Shown here in pieces: positions 6,501-10,572 of a DNA stretch of 10,572 nt; position 1 is the stretch's first letter; each line of letters begins with the position of its first letter. A program made the translations under genes and the position numbers. Origin of the DNA: Pedosphaera sp. (lineage in GTDB: Bacteria; Verrucomicrobiota; Verrucomicrobiia; Limisphaerales; SIBH01). Below the pieces are notes generated by a model. The model made no database searches and was not told the origin of the DNA. It saw only the letters and a program-made list of their open reading frames with translations. The stretch spans positions 1 through 10,572 of the forward strand of contig JANOQV010000298.1 of assembly GCA_031414955.1 (NCBI GenBank), read 5' to 3'.

Positions 6501-9500
6501 CATCAACATTGGCGGCTGGCGTTTCACCCAGGGCATCAACTTCAAGTTCCCGCCCAACACCATCCTGGCACCGAACGCCTATCTGGTGGTGGCAAAGAAC
6601 TATTCCAACCTGCTGTCTCACTACAGCAACTTGAACTCGACCAACACCATCGGGGAATTCAGCGGCCAGCTTTCCCGCGACGGCGAACGCGTGGCCCTGG
6701 CCAAGCCGGATTTCGGCTTCACCACCAACGGCCAGACCATCACGACCAACGTGAACTATCAGGTGGTCGAGGAAGTTACCTACGGGACTGGCGGCCGCTG
6801 GGGCAAGTGGGCCAATCAGGGCGGCAGCAGCCTGGAACTGATCGACCCGCGCTCCAACCATCGCCTCGCCTACAACTGGGGCGACAGCGACGAGACCGGT
6901 AAGGCACCCTGGACCTATTTCGAGCACACCGGCTTGCTCGACACCGGCAACACCCAGGGTGGCACGGCCATCGATCGCATCGAGGTCATGATGTTGGGTG
7001 GAGGCGAGTGCCTGCTCGATGAACTCGACGCGCGTTATCCCGGTTCCACCACCAACCAGATCCCCAATGGCGGCTTCGAGTCAGGCAGCCTTTCTCCCTG
7101 GACGCCCCAGGGCAATCACATCGCCAGCACCATCGAGACGGCTGGGTTTATCGGCACACGCTCCATGCACGTCCGCTCCGAGGGCAATGGCGATTCGGGG
7201 GCCAACCGCATTCGCACCTCGCTGGCCTCCGGGTTGGTTCAGGGCCAGCTCTTCACCATCAAGGGCTACGTCCGCTGGCTGCGCGGCTGGCCGGAAGTCA
7301 TCCTCCGCGTCAAGGGCGGCTATCTCGAATCCTTCGCCCGCATGTCGTTGCCAGCCAATCTCGGCACGCCGGGAGCGATCAACAGCCGTGCCCGCACCAA
7401 CACGGCGCCCGCGATTTACGGAGTGGTTCACACCCCCGCCCTGCCCCAGGCCAACGAACCGGTGGTAGTCACCGCCGGCGCGCACGATCCGGACGGTGTG
7501 ACCAATGTGGTCCTCTTCTACCGCGTGGACAGCGCCTCTCCGCCCGCCTTCACCGCGCTGGTCATGAACGACAACGGCACCGGCGGCGACGCGGTCGCGG
7601 CCGATGGAATTTACAGCGCCACCATTCCCGGTCAGGCCGCGACCACGATGGTTGGTTTCTACATCGAAGCCACCGATGCCCCGCGCCTGACCAACCAGTT
7701 CCCGGTCAATGCGATTGTCCCGGCCATCGATCTCCAGCGGCACGAGTGTCTGGTACGCTGGGGCGAGCCGATTCCTGTGGCGGCCTTCGCCACCTACCGC
7801 TTGTGGATGACCCGCGCCAACGTGAACGCCTACATCAATCGTCCCGCCCTCAGCAATCAGGATGTGGATGGCACCATGATCGTCGGTCCCAATCGCGTCA
7901 TCTACAACGTCTTCACGCACTACTCGAACAGTCCCTATCACCAGGGGCAGAACGGAACCCCGGAATCCGGCGGCCAGCACTTCGACACCCACTTGCCGCT
8001 TGATGACAAGTATCTCGGCACGGAGAACTTCAACAAGATCCATGCGCCCGGCAACGGTGCCTTCGACGATCCGACCTTGATGCGCGAGCAGACCGGTTTC
8101 TATATCGCGCGCAAGCTGGGCATTCCCTACCTCTACCGCCGCTTCGTGGCGTTCTACGTGAACGGGACCCGCAAGGGCGGGGCCAATGCCTTGCAGGAAG
8201 ACACTCAACGCCCTGGCGGCGAGCTGATTGAGGAATTCTTCCCGGATGAATCGGAAGGCCGCCTCTACAAATTGCAGCCGTGGTTTGAGTTCGACGACAT
8301 GAACGTGACGGGCGGAACCGGAGCTGCGTTCGACAACGAACTGTGGTGTACCCTGACCCGCAATCTGAGCACCAACGCCCACAAGATCGCCCGCTACCGC
8401 CACAACTACCTCTCGCGCAGCAACGACAAGACGGCCAATGACTACACCAACGTCATCGCCCTCATCGAGGCGGCTAACGTGCCCTCCAGCAATCCGGTTT
8501 ATTGGCAGAACCTGAGCCGCCTCATCGACGTGGATCAGTGGACGCGAACCTTTGCCCACGAGCACGCCATGGGCAACTGGGACAGCTTCGGCAACGTGAA
8601 CGCCCAGAACATGTACGGTTACAAGCCCAAGAACGGCAAATGGAAGCTGTTGATCTGGGACCACAACATCATTCTCAACAATCCCAACCAGGGCGGGGCC
8701 GGATCGGACCTGCCGGACGCCGGCAACATCTTCAACACCCAGAGCGGCCAGGACCCGCAGATGGCGATTCTCAATGCCTACCCGCCCTTCCGCCGCTCCT
8801 GGTGGCGTGCTTACAAGGAACTCGTCAACGGACCGATGAAGACCGACTGGGCGCACCCGATGATCGACGCGAAGTATACGGCTTACCTCGCCAGCGGCGT
8901 CGCGCCGGCGCAAGGCCCGGTCGATGCGATCAAGACCTTTATCAACACCGCCCGGTTGAACATCTCCAACGCCATGGCCGCCGTGGATTTCAACGGCTTC
9001 CAAGTCACCACGCCTACCGTCAGCGCCACCACCTCGAACATGGTCGTCATCTCCGGCAACGCCACCTTCGACGTGACCGACATCCGGTTCAACGGCATCT
9101 CCTGGCCGGTGATCTGGACCACCATTACCTCCTGGACCGCGCTCGTTCCCGTGACCAACAACGCCGCCATCTCCGTGGCTGGATTCAACAAGGACGGAGT
9201 CCAGGTTGGCACCGCACCCACCGTCACCGTGACTTACAGCCTGGCGGCAGTGCCCGATCCGCGCGGCTCCGTCATCATCAATGAAGTCATGTACAATCCA
9301 TCGCTCCTGCGCCCTGGTAGCGAGTATCTCGAACTGCACAACCTCAACACCAACTACGCCTTCAACCTGAGCGGCTGGATGATCAATGGATTGAACTACA
9401 GTTTCCCCACCGGCACCTACATCGCACCGCGCGGCTTCATCGTCCTGGCCAAGGATCGGGTCGCCTTCAGCATGTCTTACGGCGCGAACATCCTGGTGCT

Positions 9501-10572
9501 CGATGAATATCCGGGCAAGTTGCAGGGCAACGGCGAGACCATCTCACTCATCAAGCCTGCCCCCACCACCAACGACGTCGATCTCATCGTGGACCGGGTG
9601 CGCTACGAAGGCAGCGCGCCCTGGACGGTCAACGCCAACGGCACCGGCTCCTCCTTGCAGTTGATTGATCCGAATCAGGAAAACGCCCGTGTGGCCAACT
9701 GGTGGGCCGATTACGCTCCGCCGATTTACTCCGCCGGCGGCGGCACTCCAGCCATCACCAACGCCGGTTGGCGCTTCATCAAGGCCACCGGCGTGGCCGG
9801 ACCGGGTGCGGGCGGCAATCAAATGCGCCTCGTGATGAACCTCGGCAATGGTGAAATCAACGGGGCCAGTGTGGTGGTGGACGATATTTCGGTGGTGGTC
9901 GGAACCAATGCGGCCGTGGGGTTGAATCTTGTGCGCAACGGCGACTTCGAAACCGGGCCGCTGCTGGAAGTGCCGTTCCTGACCAACAGTTGGTACATCG
10001 GCACCAATTACACCAACACCCTCATCGTGAGCGATCCCGTGCATGGTGGCGGTGGCGCACTCAAGATTGACTGCCTGACTTTCGGCAATGCCCAACCGCG
10101 CGTCATCTCCCAGTTGCTCTCCCCTGCTCCGCTGACCAACGCCGTTCACACCCTGAGTTTCTGGTTCAACGCCACCAACACCGCCAGCAACCTCACGGTG
10201 AAGATTCTTAACAGCGGTCCGCTGAATATCACGACCAACGTGCAGGTCACCGTCACTCCGTCGAACTACGTGCCGCCAACGGTGGTCAGCGCGGGCACCA
10301 ACACCCTCACCCCCGGCGTGGCCAATCAGAACGTGACCAACCTGGTGCTGCCGCCGCTCTGGATCAACGAGGTGCTGGCCGAGAATGTGACCGGGCTGTT
10401 TGACAGCTATGGCGAGCGCGAACCGTGGATCGAGTTGTACAACTCCACGACCAACGTGGTCGCGCTCGAAGGGCTGTATCTTTCCGACACCGCGACCAAT
10501 CTCACGGCGTGGGCTTTCCCGCCCGGCGCGAGCCTCGGGCCGACGCAGTTCTTAATCGTCTTTTGCGACGGC
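3580..10572 (+). CDS. Giant secreted lamin-tail-domain / CotH-kinase-family multidomain protein; 3' end outside the window (at least 2331 aa)
   Basis: Manual translation of frame +1 from ATG 3580 (alternative ATG 3595) shows no stop up to the window end (...QFLIVFCDG). The signal peptide is ...[23 protein letters not shown]. Third positions are strongly G/C and domain motifs are recognisable throughout. Confidence 0.95.
   Translation, partial: [2331 protein letters not shown]
4276..4830 (+). other. Two Ig-like domains within the giant ORF (I-set-like about 4276-4542; Big_5/SbsA-like about 4546-4830)
   Basis: First domain: [13 protein letters not shown]...QWYTNN..VSGAT...VTLTV. Second domain: VTVSFSEKI...ATNLANYVI...[10 protein letters not shown]...N. 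Confidence 0.7.
4852..5385 (+). other. Concanavalin-A-like (DUF1349-like) beta-sandwich within the giant ORF
   Basis: [26 protein letters not shown]...MARESL...[26 protein letters not shown]...VYLGFAVTS. Confidence 0.7.
5461..7383 (+). repeat. Three tandem lamin-tail domains (LTD1 about 5461-5970, LTD2 about 6004-6393, LTD3 about 6412-7383 including an inserted module)
   Basis: Repeated openers [30 protein letters not shown] and [15 protein letters not shown], with closers GSPG, LTPGTTN and GTPGAIN. Confidence 0.85.
7790..8970 (+). other. CotH-kinase-family domain (divergent) within the giant ORF; boundaries approximate
   Basis: [25 protein letters not shown], GRLYK (8257-8271), IDVDQW, GNWD (8572-8583), QNMYGY, WKLLIWD and PPFRRSWW occur in the order expected for CotH. 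Confidence 0.8.
9268..10572 (+). repeat. Two further lamin-tail domains (LTD4 about 9268-10326 including an inserted module; LTD5 from about 10357, truncated by the window)
   Basis: LTD4: [21 protein letters not shown]...LTPGVAN. LTD5: [23 protein letters not shown]..WAFP. Confidence 0.85.

Noticed and set aside
7081..9339. 752-aa minus-strand ORF
   Set aside because: It is codon-for-codon antisense to the giant gene. The sense frame rarely uses TTA/CTA/TCA, so antisense stops are scarce, and the product has no recognisable motifs.
3904..10149. Other ORF-track calls inside the giant gene (both strands, 62-260 aa)
   Set aside because: They are alternative-frame or antisense products with low-information composition, fully explained by the frame +1 gene.
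1..10572. CRISPR array, tRNA/rRNA, DGR template/variable repeat pair or defence system
   Set aside because: I saw no regularly spaced direct repeats, RNA-gene signatures or near-identical DNA repeat pairs. The frequent ACCAAC hexamers are in-frame Thr-Asn codons, and no reverse transcriptase is present.

Overview
High-GC bacterial window in which every credible gene is on the + strand. The gene content and protein styles suggest Verrucomicrobiota/PVC, but that is inference only. In order: (1) the last 37 codons and right end of an ISKra4/ISLre2-type insertion sequence (1-140); (2) a class I-alpha DAHP synthase (213-1289); (3) an uncharacterised exported protein with one CxxCH motif (1388-2668); (4) the Fe-S assembly protein SufT (2874-3419); (5) a giant secreted multidomain protein missing from the supplied ORF track because it has no stop in the window (3580 to >10572, at least 2331 aa). 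The giant protein has a signal peptide, Ig-like and lectin-like domains, at least five lamin-tail domains (LTD) and a divergent CotH-kinase domain. It holds the most unusual signals: two apparently circularly permuted CBM4/9-like modules inserted at the same point in two LTDs, a CotH domain with altered N-lobe motifs, and a directional excess of the dipeptide Thr-Asn. I found no CRISPR array, tRNA/rRNA, phage or defence system. All translations, counts and domain calls were made by eye, without database searches.
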